Assembly (NCBI RefSeq): GCF_009834535.1
Contig: NC_045697.1
Location: 52,888,001 to 52,952,000 of the forward strand
Direction: 5' to 3'
DNA length: 64,000 bases
DNA from: Camelus ferus
Lineage: Eukaryota
Part shown: positions 40,045 through 50,902 of the stretch, piece after piece
Layout of the letters: every line of letters begins with the position of its first letter
How positions within the stretch are numbered: position 1 is the stretch's first letter
Notes under the pieces: generated by a model
Told to the model about the DNA's origin: nothing
Database searches by the model: none
What the model saw: only the letters and a program-made list of their open reading frames with translations
Program-made: the position numbers and the translations under genes

Positions 40045-41747
40045 CCTATAAGCTCTACTCTTAATACAATACTCTGATTAAAAGTACAATGCACTCTTAA
40101 GAAATGTAGTTACCTTAATCAACAAGATCAAACAATGGCAGTTTTCTTTGGGTGGTAGAAATATGGATGTATTTTTCCATTTTTCTAATTCTCTTTATAT
40201 GCAAGTAGTCTATAATGAATGTTACTTTATTAATAGAAAATAAAAAATGTTGAGGGACCATTTCGATTAAGTTTGATAATTATATCTTTTTAATGAAGAT
40301 CTACTAACAGCAAAGTTGTGTTCCATGTGTATACTGTGGAGAAGTAGAATTCAAGATGCCTACCCTAGAGGAGCTTATCATATTTTGTGCCTATTTAGAG
40401 TTGTAACATAATAGAATTTCTGAAACTACTTGGTTGGTTGTTTTTGCTGACCTTCCATGGCTTTGTCCATACTTTGTTCCAATTATCATGCTCTCTTTTA
40501 AAAATTCTCTTCTAAATTTCCCTCAGATCTGTCCCTGAATTTGTCCTCTCTACTTTAATTGAAATCTTCATCATTTTTGCCTATTATTGCAAAGGACTCC
40601 TCGCTGGTTTTCATATCCCTATTTTAAATTTATTCTAACTCCATTGTTCTACAGCAGCTAGACTGAGTACTTTTTTCTGAAAGTTGATCTAATTCTACCA
40701 TACTGATTCTTAAAAACCTTGGTTGCCTTCTCCATGTCTGGGATACAATCTCAGCTCCTTAAACTTTTTCATGATCTAATCCCTCCCCACCTTTCCAGTA
40801 TTATCTTTCTACCCTGTTGCCTCTGGATAAACTTTAACATGTTTGGCATTCCTCATATTACCACATCCACTCTTCCAAGATTCTACTCGAACAGATCTTC
40901 TTTGCCTTCCTTAGAGGTATGTGCCTCCTTTGAGGTCCCATAGCATCCTAACTAAAGAGTTAATTGCTCTGACTGTAAAGTTCCTATCTCTTCTACCAAT
41001 GTGTCTACTCCCAAAGTTAAGATCTTTGTTTCTTCTTTTTACACAACAGATTTATTCCTCTAGTAGTTTTCAGGTCCTGTCTACCCCTACCCCGTGACTT
41101 CCTTTTTTTTTTTAATTAAAAATCCTTTTCTTCTTTCTAAAATCCTATAAAATTCTTTGATTCTGTGGCCATCAGGGACCTGTGAATAGAAGTGATTCAG
41201 AAAATTTGAAGTGAATATGAAGTTTAAAGAATAAACTTATCTGTTTGGCTGCAGTTTCCCTTTTGTGTATGTTCAAGCATGATATGATTAGAAATGTATG
41301 TCTAAAAGAGCTCACTTAATAAATATTAAAAAAAAAATTCTAGGTGCTAATCAAATTCTTTTGTCTTCTACTTACTTTGAATAATCCCCTCTCCTACCCA
41401 TGGTAAGATGATCTCCTATTGTATTAACATCAGCCATATAAAGCAATGCTTAAGGGTAAAAAGAACAGTCCTCTAGTATAGTTTCCTATGAGGTAGGAGA
41501 CTCCTGGCTTGTCTAGGAACCCACTGACGTGGTATGTTAAATGAGATTAGGCCTATGTATTATTGTTCTGGGAGGAAGGTCCAATGCTTTCAATAGATTT
41601 CTCAAGGGGCCATCCTAGAATTTTTGAAGTTTCATGGTAAGACTATATCTTGTTTCATTCTTGTAATTATAATAGAGGTACATGTTAATTTCACTTATTT
41701 GTCTATGTTATAATTGAATAGAAACCTAAAAAGCTGTGTGTCCAGAG

Positions 41748-41932
41748 CAGTGTTTCCCAAAGTGTGTTCTATAGACCATTTGAATCAGCATCCTCTGAGG
41801 TGTCTGTTAAAAATAGAGATCCCTGGGTCCACACCAGGCTAGCTAAACAAAAATCTGTGGAGGCTGGGCACAGGAATCTGCATTTTAAACTTAACAATTG
41901 ATCCTTAGGAATTTAGGTTTAAGAACCACTAT
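41748..41932. mobile_element. MER5-like hAT DNA transposon remnant
   Basis: CAGTGTTTCCCAAAGTG...GGAATCTGCATTTTAAAC...AAGAACCACT, with imperfect TIRs and a size of about 185 bp. Confidence 0.75.
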
Positions 41933-42915
41933 GATAAAACCAAGAAAACGAACTCCTTCAAGTAGAGTAAATTAGTTTTATTATTTTTAATGTATTAATA
42001 GTAACTAACACTAAGCACTTAGTACTTGCCAGCTGCTATTGTAAATGTATGTTATATGGTTTAAGTAAATTAAATGGCTATAACAATCATACATTATTTA
42101 ATGTGAGGAAACTGGGACATAGGGAGGTTAAGTAGACCAAAGACACATAGTAAGTGGTGAATCTGGGATTTAAATTCAGTCTTGGCTCCAGAGGTCAAGC
42201 TCCTAATTGCTACCCTAAGCACTTCAGGCAGAACATTTTATTAGTTTTTTCCAGGTTTTTTGTTTTGTTTTAGAGTTTAAAAAATGTTGATTCTTAATAT
42301 TTACTATTATGTAAAGCTTCACTTTAAAGCAAATATTTAAAAAATCAGTTTTTCTCCTCCACAAGTCAATAACTGAAAGAGTCAAGAAAACATTTTCTAG
42401 AATACATAGCTAAAGTAGCTACATTAAGTAACTTCAACATGAGATAATACACTTTAAGCAAAATTAGAAACTCGCATGTTGAACATTTGTTGATTTGGTT
42501 GGTGTTAAATTTTCTATACTGTTTCTGTGTTTAAACTTGTGATAGCAAAATACAAATGTTTTGAAATAATATCTAAAAGAATTTTTTACACTCTGATTTA
42601 TTACCGGAAACATAATTTGGTTTGAAGGATTTGGAATTCTGGTTGACCCCTACATGATTTTTCTGGATCATGTACTAGTCAGACAGCGGTACATGTTTAT
42701 CATTGTGATTCCTGAGATGTAAATTATGCTGATTTTCACCTTTCCTGAATTATTTTGGTAATGTTAACTTATATTACTTTAACATATTAAAATCTTTTAC
42801 TTTACACAACCAGTAAGGGAAAAATAAGCAACTCCACCCACTCCTCGGATATATCAAACATTTTCTTTGTCTCAGATATGTGAATGTAATTGTATACATT
42901 ACCTAAGCTAGTTTT

Positions 42916-43052
42916 TTTTGGTGTTGTTTGTTTTGGGGGGGAAGTAATTAGGTTTACTTGTTATTATTTTTTTTAAATGGAAGTTCTGGGGATTGAACCC
43001 AGGTCCTCATGCATGCTAAGCACGCCTTCTTCCAATGAGTTATACCTTCCTC
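42916..43052 (-). mobile_element. tRNA-derived SINE (Vic-1-like)
   Basis: GGGGATTGAACCCAGG...CATGCTAAGCACG and a GTAATTAGG tail motif. 14-bp TSD CCTAAGCTAGTTTT at 42902-42915 and 43053-43066. Confidence 0.9.
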
Positions 43053-44125
43053 CCTAAGCTAGTTTTATCTTTAGGATCACAAAAAGTAATTTCCCAGTTT
43101 GCCAAAAGCTTTGACCATGAAGGCAGTTTTAGAGGCTTGATAAGCAAATAAATTTATTTCTATATAAAAATTAAAGGGATATGTTAACTCCTTTATAAAT
43201 AAGAATATAGGTAAGAAACTATGGCGTAGAGAAATTGATTAGTCCAGAGCAAGTCAGCTGGCTAATAGCAGAGTAAGTTACTGGATCACTAATTTGATAT
43301 TTTCCTCTACTTTTAATATTTTGTATTTTCAATAGTTGCCCATAGCTTAACATGCTGACATAAAACTAATTGGTTGTTGCTTTGTATTGATGACTGATAC
43401 CAGTAATCTACTTTATTGGAACTCTTATGCATGAGACTCTCCAGGGTTCACCAAGTGAATCTCTATGAAAAATGATCACATTGAATAGTTAACAATTTAT
43501 TGTTTATGTTAGGACAGTACCCAGCACATCTCAGGGCTCTTTAAATGTTTGTTAAATAAATACAAAATTTGGAAGATGTAAACATTAAATCCAGTAACTT
43601 ATGTTCCTTTAAAACATTTTTTCCATAAAATTTTATATACATGACAGGGATTTGACATAAAACATTAAACATTTTCAACTGCTCACTTCATTTCCTTGTT
43701 TTTGTCCTGTCCCAGGTTTTCTATATCCCTTCATGTGCTTGCTCGCCCAATGCTTTCTCCTTGTTCCAAACTTAGAATACTAATTTCTCAAGCATTTTTA
43801 CATATATGACTGCACTTTATTCTCTATGTTCCTGTAACAAATAGGAATCACCATACGACTAGCTATACTTTGTTGTGCATCTTCATGCTAGATGTGATCG
43901 TCACAACCTGTAGTAAGAGCCAACACTTACTAGGTGTTTGCTGTATAACAGGCATTGTTCTAAGTGCTTTATATGTATTAATTCACTTTATCTTCATAAT
44001 AACTCTATGAAATAGGTACTACTACTACTATCCCCAGATGAAAAAATGAAGAAGAGAGATCAAGTAATGTGCCCAATATCACAAGTACTAAGTGATGGAA
44101 ATGGGGCAGGGGGTAAAGTCTGCTG

Positions 44126-44966
44126 TTGAATTGGAAAAACTGAGTTTTCCACCTGTGTTTCTCCTTTACTGTCACACTGTTATACACACTCTAAACACTC
44201 TGACACCACATGTAATTTTTTCCTTCCCCCACAAAGCAGTTCTCTGCAACACAAGCTGGGTGTCCTGCAATTTAATTCAATTCTGACACTATCTACCTGG
44301 AGATGGTATCAGATCCCACAGGTTGAGCTTGGTTCCACAAGACTGCCCCTATCCCTTACCCCACTTCAGATGCCAATCAAAAGTCCAGGTGCTTTTGATT
44401 GGCATCTGTGCTTCTGACTTACCGACTATAAATCTGAGGGTGTCACAACTCCCTCCTTGGGTTTGATTAATTTGCTAGAGCAGCTCACAGAGCTCAAGGA
44501 ACACTGACGTTTACAGTTTAGTAAAGGATATGATGTAGATGAACCGCCAGATAAAGAGGTACATACAGTGAAGCCTGGCAGATTCCCCAGCACAGGAGCT
44601 CATGTCCCCATGAAGTTGTGTGCATCACCATCCCAGTATGTAGATGTTTACGACCCTAGAAGCTCCTCAAACTCCATACTATTGGGATTTTGTGGAGACT
44701 TCTTCAGGTAGATATGACCAATTATTAACTCCACCTCCAGCCCCTCTCCTTTCTCTGGAGCATGGGGATCTGGGGCTGAAAATTACAAGCTTATAATCAC
44801 GGCTTGGTCTTTCTGGCGACCAGCTCTCATCCAGGAGCCCACCCAGTCACCTCATTAAAACAAATGATGCTCCCAGTGCTCTTATCACTTAGGATTTTAC
44901 AAGGGTTTTAGTTCTGTGCCAGAAACTGGGGGCAGAAATCAATATATATACTTTCCATTATCTTCA
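44126..44966 (-). mobile_element. LTR remnant, MER21-like, copy 3 (opposite orientation to copies 1 and 2)
   Basis: AATTCAATTCTGACACTATCTACCTGGAGATGGTATCAGATCCCACAGGT is the reverse complement of sequence in copy 2 at about 9970-10022. Confidence 0.75.
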
Positions 44967-45119
44967 GTTCTTCACCATTGTTATATTAGCTCCCCAAGGT
45001 AGTTACAATAATAGTATCACATAAATGAAGAAAATGAGTCAGATATCAAGTAATTAACTCAAAATCACCCTAGTAAGTTACCTCTAATACCTGTACTTTT
45101 TCTACTATATCAGAGAAGG

Positions 45120-45330
45120 AAGTACAGGATAGGGGTCTTAAGCCAGAAAGGGTAGGCTGAAATCCTGGCTCTACCACTTGATACCTATATGACCTTGAGA
45201 AAGGTTCTTAACTTTGCCAGTTGTCTCATCTTTAAAATATGGATAATAATAGAACTTACTACATAAGAGTTGTGGGGAATAAGGAAATAACAAATAAAAT
45301 GCTTAAAACAACAGTACCTTTCCATTCAAT
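45120..45330 (+). mobile_element. MIR SINE fragment
   Basis: AAATCCTGGCTCTACCACTT...ATGACCTTGAG...CTCATCTTTAAAAT core. Confidence 0.7.
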
Positions 45331-46421
45331 ATAAGCTTTTATTTCCAGCCTACCTCTTTTAAGAAAACAAAAGAAAATAATTTGGCATGTGTGCTGCTCT
45401 GAGGCAGCAGCTGTAAATCAGAGATTAAAAGAATGAAGGCCGGTTTGGGTCCAAATCCCAAGCACGTGTTCTTTAGAAGGTTAGCCTCCTGGAATTTCAG
45501 CATCCTCGTCTGATAGAGAGAACAGTACCACTTTACAAAGTTAAGGCAAGTGTTTTAATAAATATTAACCACTGATCATCTCTGCACCTCTAGCAGCTAG
45601 CACGATGTTTAATGAATAAACAGTGACATAGTTAAGATGTCCTTTGTGATTTTCTTCACTAGTCCTCTCATTTCTTCCCTGGCATCATCCTATGTATTTT
45701 TAAGTTCACCCTTTCATCTTTTCCCTACTGTAAAGACCAAAGTAATTGTAAAGAAAAATGTAACTCATTACCACTTGAAGTTACCACTAACCTAGTGGTA
45801 ATCACACCAAATTTTCAGCAGGTGGAATGTACAAATAGCACACTACAAGTCACCAGTACAGAAGGGGAAATGGAATTATTATCTTATTTACCACATTTAA
45901 TGACTATCAAAAAATATTCACAATGTAATTAAGATGTATCTTTTTCTATTTTTAACCAAGTTCTTCTTCATTCCTAAGCTTTTACCACAATTAAGGGTAC
46001 AAAATCCTGAAGTTAACATTCAACCCATTATTAACAAGTACTGCTCAAGAATTATACTTAAGTGAAATAATGTGTCAAAACTATTTTAAAAGCTATCTTA
46101 CAAATAAGATAATTGCCAAAGATGCATTCTCTTCACTTTACATGAAAAATTATAAAAGTATTCCAAGTTTGATGGTTGCTCCACAACCAGCTGTGAAATT
46201 TCCCTAGGTTACTACTTGACAGAATATTGGAGAACTTTTCTCAAAACCATCTGTTTTCCCAAGCACATTCATATTGCTCCCAAAGTTCTTACTGCCCTGA
46301 TTATAAATGAAAAGACAAATTAATTGAGGAATAACCCAAACAAATTCCCCTTTTGACAAGAATTTTTAAAATTTAAGATTAGGAATTAAATATTAATAGT
46401 AACTTCAGTGAAAAATAAAAA

Positions 46422-46427
46422 TTTATT
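46422..46427 (-). terminator. UTP3: Candidate proximal polyadenylation signal of UTP3
   Basis: Minus-strand AATAAA about 44 nt after the stop codon, followed by a T-rich tract. Use is not demonstrated. Confidence 0.5.
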
Positions 46428-46470
46428 AATCTAAAATTTTGCCAAAAAAACCTTAAGCTAAGCAAATATT

Positions 46471-47895
46471 TTATTTAAGCTTAATGCTCTTTTTAACTCC
46501 TGCACGAATGCCAGATAGTTCACCACTATAACGTTGCTCTTCTCTACGAACTTCACGAACCTGGCCTCTTCTGCGAATTTTGGCTCTTCTGAACTTCTCC
46601 CGGTGTTTCACTCTGGGATTTCGATCAATCTTCTTTCTCCTGGGTGTAAGTCCCCTGTTTTTAGCAATCTGGTAAGTAATGGCTCTCTTTGCATTTGGAT
46701 CTTCAAGAGCCTGTTCTTCAGTACTATTTTCTTCTTTCTTTCTCTTCAATTTTTGCCTGTCTTCTACTTCTTTATAGTATTTCAATGCAGCTTCTTCAAG
46801 AAAATCAGAATCATCAGAAAGGTCTGTAACAGCAGAGGCAGCAGCAGAAGTCTCTGAAACAGATTTTGGCTTGGTCTTCGTGGATTTTGCTTTTAGATTC
46901 AGTTCTTTCTTTCCTGCACCATCTTTAAGTGTGAGTAGATGACGAATCTCGGAGGAGAGCTTCTGATCCACAACTGACAGCTTGTTGATCAAATTTCTGT
47001 AGGTAACAAGCCTTTCTATGACAGGATGTCCATGTGCAGGGACTCTCTTAGCTTTCAGGATCAAATAAAAACTGATGTTGGAGCAGTAGTTCAAATAGAG
47101 GTTGTACTTGGTCCTCAGGTACTGGCTTCCTTTTCCGGGTGGAATGATCCTTTGTTCCACCAACCGGAGCAATGGCTCCAGCTCATCCTTCATCTCTGTC
47201 AACTTAACTTGAAGGTCATCTATCAGCTCCAAGAGCTCTGGTGATTCCTTCCGCAGCATTTTCAGCTTCTCTTTCACCGAAACTTTTGCCAAATCCTTCA
47301 CGACTCGTGTCTCAGCCTCATTTACCTGAGGCACCGGTTTTGCAAAGGCCTCCACCCAGGTGACTCCAAAATCGTCCTCTTGCAGGTCTTGGGCTAGGCG
47401 CCGCTGAATGAGCTGTGCCTCCTCTTCCTCCTCTCTTTCCTCTTCCTCTACTTCTTGTTGACTCTGCCGGCCTCGGGACTTGGAACCATAGTCCGTGTCA
47501 TAGTAAAGTTTTTTCCTATGACCCCACGACAAACTAGGATCCACCGAGGCCTCTGCCTCACTCTGCACAGAGCTCCCACCATCTTCATCGTCATCCTCCT
47601 CATCCCCCGTACTCTCTCCATCTTCGTCGTCCTCATCAGCAACATCTATGGCAAGCACCTCCTCCTCCTCATCGCCATCCTCCTCCTCGTCCCCACTCTC
47701 CACTTCGCTCCAGCCCTTAGTCAAGGCGGCCCGAGATCGGGCCTCATGGAAATCATCTACCTTATCCTGGTAGTAGCTGGAGTCCCCCGGTGAGGGTGGA
47801 GATTCTAAATCATTTTCGTCGGCCGGGCCGTGATCTGCCTTGTCTCTCGCAGCAGCCCACTTGGCCGCTCCGCGCCGCCGGGATCTCCCCACCAT
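46471..47895 (-). CDS. UTP3: UTP3 / SAS10 small-subunit processome component, single-exon CDS, 474 aa
   Basis: Uninterrupted ORF from ATG at 47895 (MVGRSRRRGAAKWAA). Acidic N-terminal region, Sas10/Utp3/C1D region (YLRTKYNLYLNYCSNISFYLILKA...HPVIERL) and Sas10 C-terminal motif (KRAITYQIAKNRGLTP...NPRVKHREKF...YSGELSGI). Confidence 0.98.
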   Translation of the reverse strand: MVGRSRRRGAAKWAAARDKADHGPADENDLESPPSPGDSSYYQDKVDDFHEARSRAALTKGWSEVESGDEEEDGDEEEEVLAIDVADEDDEDGESTGDEEDDDEDGGSSVQSEAEASVDPSLSWGHRKKLYYDTDYGSKSRGRQSQQEVEEEEREEEEEAQLIQRRLAQDLQEDDFGVTWVEAFAKPVPQVNEAETRVVKDLAKVSVKEKLKMLRKESPELLELIDDLQVKLTEMKDELEPLLRLVEQRIIPPGKGSQYLRTKYNLYLNYCSNISFYLILKAKRVPAHGHPVIERLVTYRNLINKLSVVDQKLSSEIRHLLTLKDGAGKKELNLKAKSTKTKPKSVSETSAAASAVTDLSDDSDFLEEAALKYYKEVEDRQKLKRKKEENSTEEQALEDPNAKRAITYQIAKNRGLTPRRKKIDRNPRVKHREKFRRAKIRRRGQVREVRREEQRYSGELSGIRAGVKKSIKLK

Positions 47896-48700
47896 AGCTC
47901 GCGCGTTCTCAGCTTCTACACCGACGTCTGGCTTCTGGTCACCTCTGACCTCCACGCACCAGCCACGCGCTCCCGCAACGAGCTTCTGTTAACAGCCGCG
48001 CACTCTCCTACCACGCGCGTTTGCCGGCACTCCAGTTGGACGCAAGAGATTCCACTTCCTTCCGGTCCCCAGAATGCTCTCCGTGTAGCGTTCGAACCTC
48101 TACTTCCGGTTGGTCCTTCAGGCCGTTCCGTGCAGGAACAATAGGCATAGGAAGTTCAGTTCCCTGGAGCCCTTCAGAGAGACTTCTGTTCTTAATCTCG
48201 CGAGCCTGGGCGTGGCTCGGGGGACGGCTTCGTGAACGGCACGCGAAGTCGTCGGGACCGTGAGAGGGCGCTCTAGCTCTAGGCCCAGGAGAGGCCGGCC
48301 GGCTGTGTGGTGAGCTGCACTCCTTCTGTCCTGGGCGTCACCAACCGGAAGCTGACTGCTAGTGTATAAGCTTTTCTTGTTTACTGGAATTGTTTTGTCT
48401 TCTCCTGTAAGTCTGGCAGTTAATCAGGTTTTTGTCTCCGCAACGTCCAAGTATGACGTTTCTGGGCACCGGAGCCTGAGGCGGCGGCGGCGGCGGCGGG
48501 GCGAGAGCGCAGGCCCGGCCTCCGGGCGGGTGTCAGCCCCCCTCAGCTCCCTGCACTCAGGGCTCGGTTACTGCAGTGGGTATGTGTCCCTGAGGGTGTT
48601 GCTGAGGGCGACGGTGGAAATACTTTTTCCGAGGAACTCAACTGGGCGCAGCAGGCACCGCTCGCTATGTCTCTTTCTTGTAGTGGAAAGTGTTCCTTCT
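47800..48700. promoter_or_regulatory. UTP3: UTP3 CpG-island promoter with ETS and BANP-type motifs
   Basis: CpG-rich. ETS/GABPA-type cores at 48054-48065, 48102-48109 (ACTTCCGG) and 48345-48351 (CCGGAAG). TCTCGCGAG at 48196-48204. (GCG)6 at 48481-48498. Confidence 0.88.
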
Positions 48701-50034
48701 TTAAGATATTTTGGAGGTGACACATTTTATGTCTCAGGGGCGAACCCTTGGTGAACTCTCCAAACACTTAATAGGCACAAGGTGGCGTCTTAGGCTCTGG
48801 GAGAATAATGTGGGCGAAAGCAGACGCTGTTCCTGCCCTCGTGGAACTTGTCCAGCGGGGAACAAGCGTTGATCAAATAATCACTCAAAACGTGCCAGAT
48901 TATAATTATAATGAGTACTGTGAACCCTTGTCCTGTATTACCCGGCCTTCAGCTGCTGAAAACACTCAACGTGCTTTTCACATCGCTGTCTTTTTGTACG
49001 CGCCATCTATCCTCCTTACCAAACAGGATTTAGTGCTCCCGCCCCACTTCGGAAAGTTCTGCCATACTGAAGAGCAGCTTAAGCATCACCTCTTCGAGCT
49101 CTTCTTTAACTCCCTTAGTTGTCTTTTCCTCAGTTCGTTTGTATCATCTGGTAGAGCTCTGTGAACTATAGTATTGCAAGCACACAATACAGTGTCTGGC
49201 ACACAGTGAGTATTCAGTGAAGATTTGTTTAATGAATAAGTGTTGAAATTACAGTATTTGATTATCTGTCTACCTCAGGTGCTACGTAAACGGAGAGTGA
49301 ATGATGCGTGGGGCTCCCAATATCCCTAAAGGAGTTAACCTGAGTTGGAGTGGATTTTAGGAATCATTGATTCCAACCACAGTGTCTTTATTGTACACAT
49401 TTGGAAACAGAGACTTGGGGAGATTACATTAGCAAATCTAGCACAGAAACCTGGGACAGGGCTCCGACACCAGGCCCTCACATTCAGCTGTTACCAGTCC
49501 TTCGCCAATTCCGTGTGAATGCGTTTAAACTTTTTCCAGAGGGTAGGCTATGCGGGGTGGATGAAAGAAACCAAGAGCTCAAATTAAAGTATTTGAAGAA
49601 GAGGGTGAAAATAAGGGAAGAATTGGTCAAATTTGTCTTTAGAATTATTTCTAGGACTAGACGTGTGACAGGATTGCCCTGCAATCTAAGAGTAACTCAA
49701 GGTTTAAGTGTCTACACATTACATGTGATAGGTTCATATTCATTACATATGTTAGGTATTATGGCTCCTTCAAATGTGGGAAGTTAGAAGCTGACCTTTT
49801 GATAAGTTGCCAAAATTAATGGCAACAATTTCTTTGTCGAAAGCATAGTGTCATTACGTTATGAAAAATAATACAATTTTTCAGAAAAGTGATATTTTGA
49901 GCTAAATATTTTTAAAGTGCTAAAGGTTATCTTAAGCATTTAAAAACCATTATAAGATTTCAGGAACTATGGTTTAATGAATAAAAAAGGTGTGGGTAAA
50001 AGTCTTATGTTTTGATGGTAAGCACGGAATTTTT

Positions 50035-50902
50035 TTTTAATTGAGGAAGTTAAAAAAATTGAACTATAGTTCATTTACAATGTTGGGTTAGTTTCTGGTG
50101 TACAGCATAGTGATTCAGTTATTCAATATACATATGTACTTTTTCATATTCTTTTTCATTATGTTTCCTGTGCTATACATTAAGACCTTGTTAATCTATT
50201 TTGTATGTAGTAGTTTGAGTCTGCTAATCCCAAACTCCTAATTTATCCCTCCTTCCTCCCCATTTTGGTGATCATAAATTTGTTTTTTGTCTGTGAGTCT
50301 ATCTCTAATTTGTAAATATGTTCATTTGTATCATTTCTTAAGATTCCACATGTAAGTGATATCATATGGTATTTGTCTTTGTCTGACTTACTTCACTTAG
50401 TGTGATTATCTCTAGGTCCATCCATGTTGCTGCAAATGGCTTTATTTCATTATTTTTTATGGTTTAGTAGTCCATTGTATGTATGTATGTATGTATATGT
50501 GTGTATGTGTGTGTGTGTATATATATATATACATATATATATACACACACACACAACTTCCTTATCCAGTCATCTGTCATGTCATCTTCCTTATCCAGTC
50601 ATGGACGTTTAGGTTGCTTCCAGGTCTTTGCCTATTATAAACAGTGCTGCCATGAACATTGGGGTGCATGTATCTCTTTGACTTAGAATTTTCTCTGGAT
50701 ATATGCCCAGGTGTGGGATTGCTGGATCATATGGTAAGTCTATTTTTGTTTTTTTAAAGAATCTCCATACTGTTTTCCATAGTGGCTGTACCAAATTACA
50801 TTACCACCAGTCGTGTGGGAGGATTCTCCTTTCTTCACACCCTCTCCAGCATTTATCATTTTCCCCCCAGCATTTATCATTTGTAGACTTTTTAATAATG
50901 GC
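50035..50902 (-). mobile_element. L1 3' end fragment
   Basis: Minus-strand translation [10 protein letters not shown]...[13 protein letters not shown]...TCTPMFMAALF is the L1 ORF2 C-terminus, followed by the 3' UTR. Contains a TG/TA microsatellite. Confidence 0.9.

Noticed and set aside
47896..47955. 20-aa N-terminal extension of UTP3 shown in the ORF track
   Set aside because: It starts at a GTG in weak context. The recognised N-terminus begins at ATG 47895.
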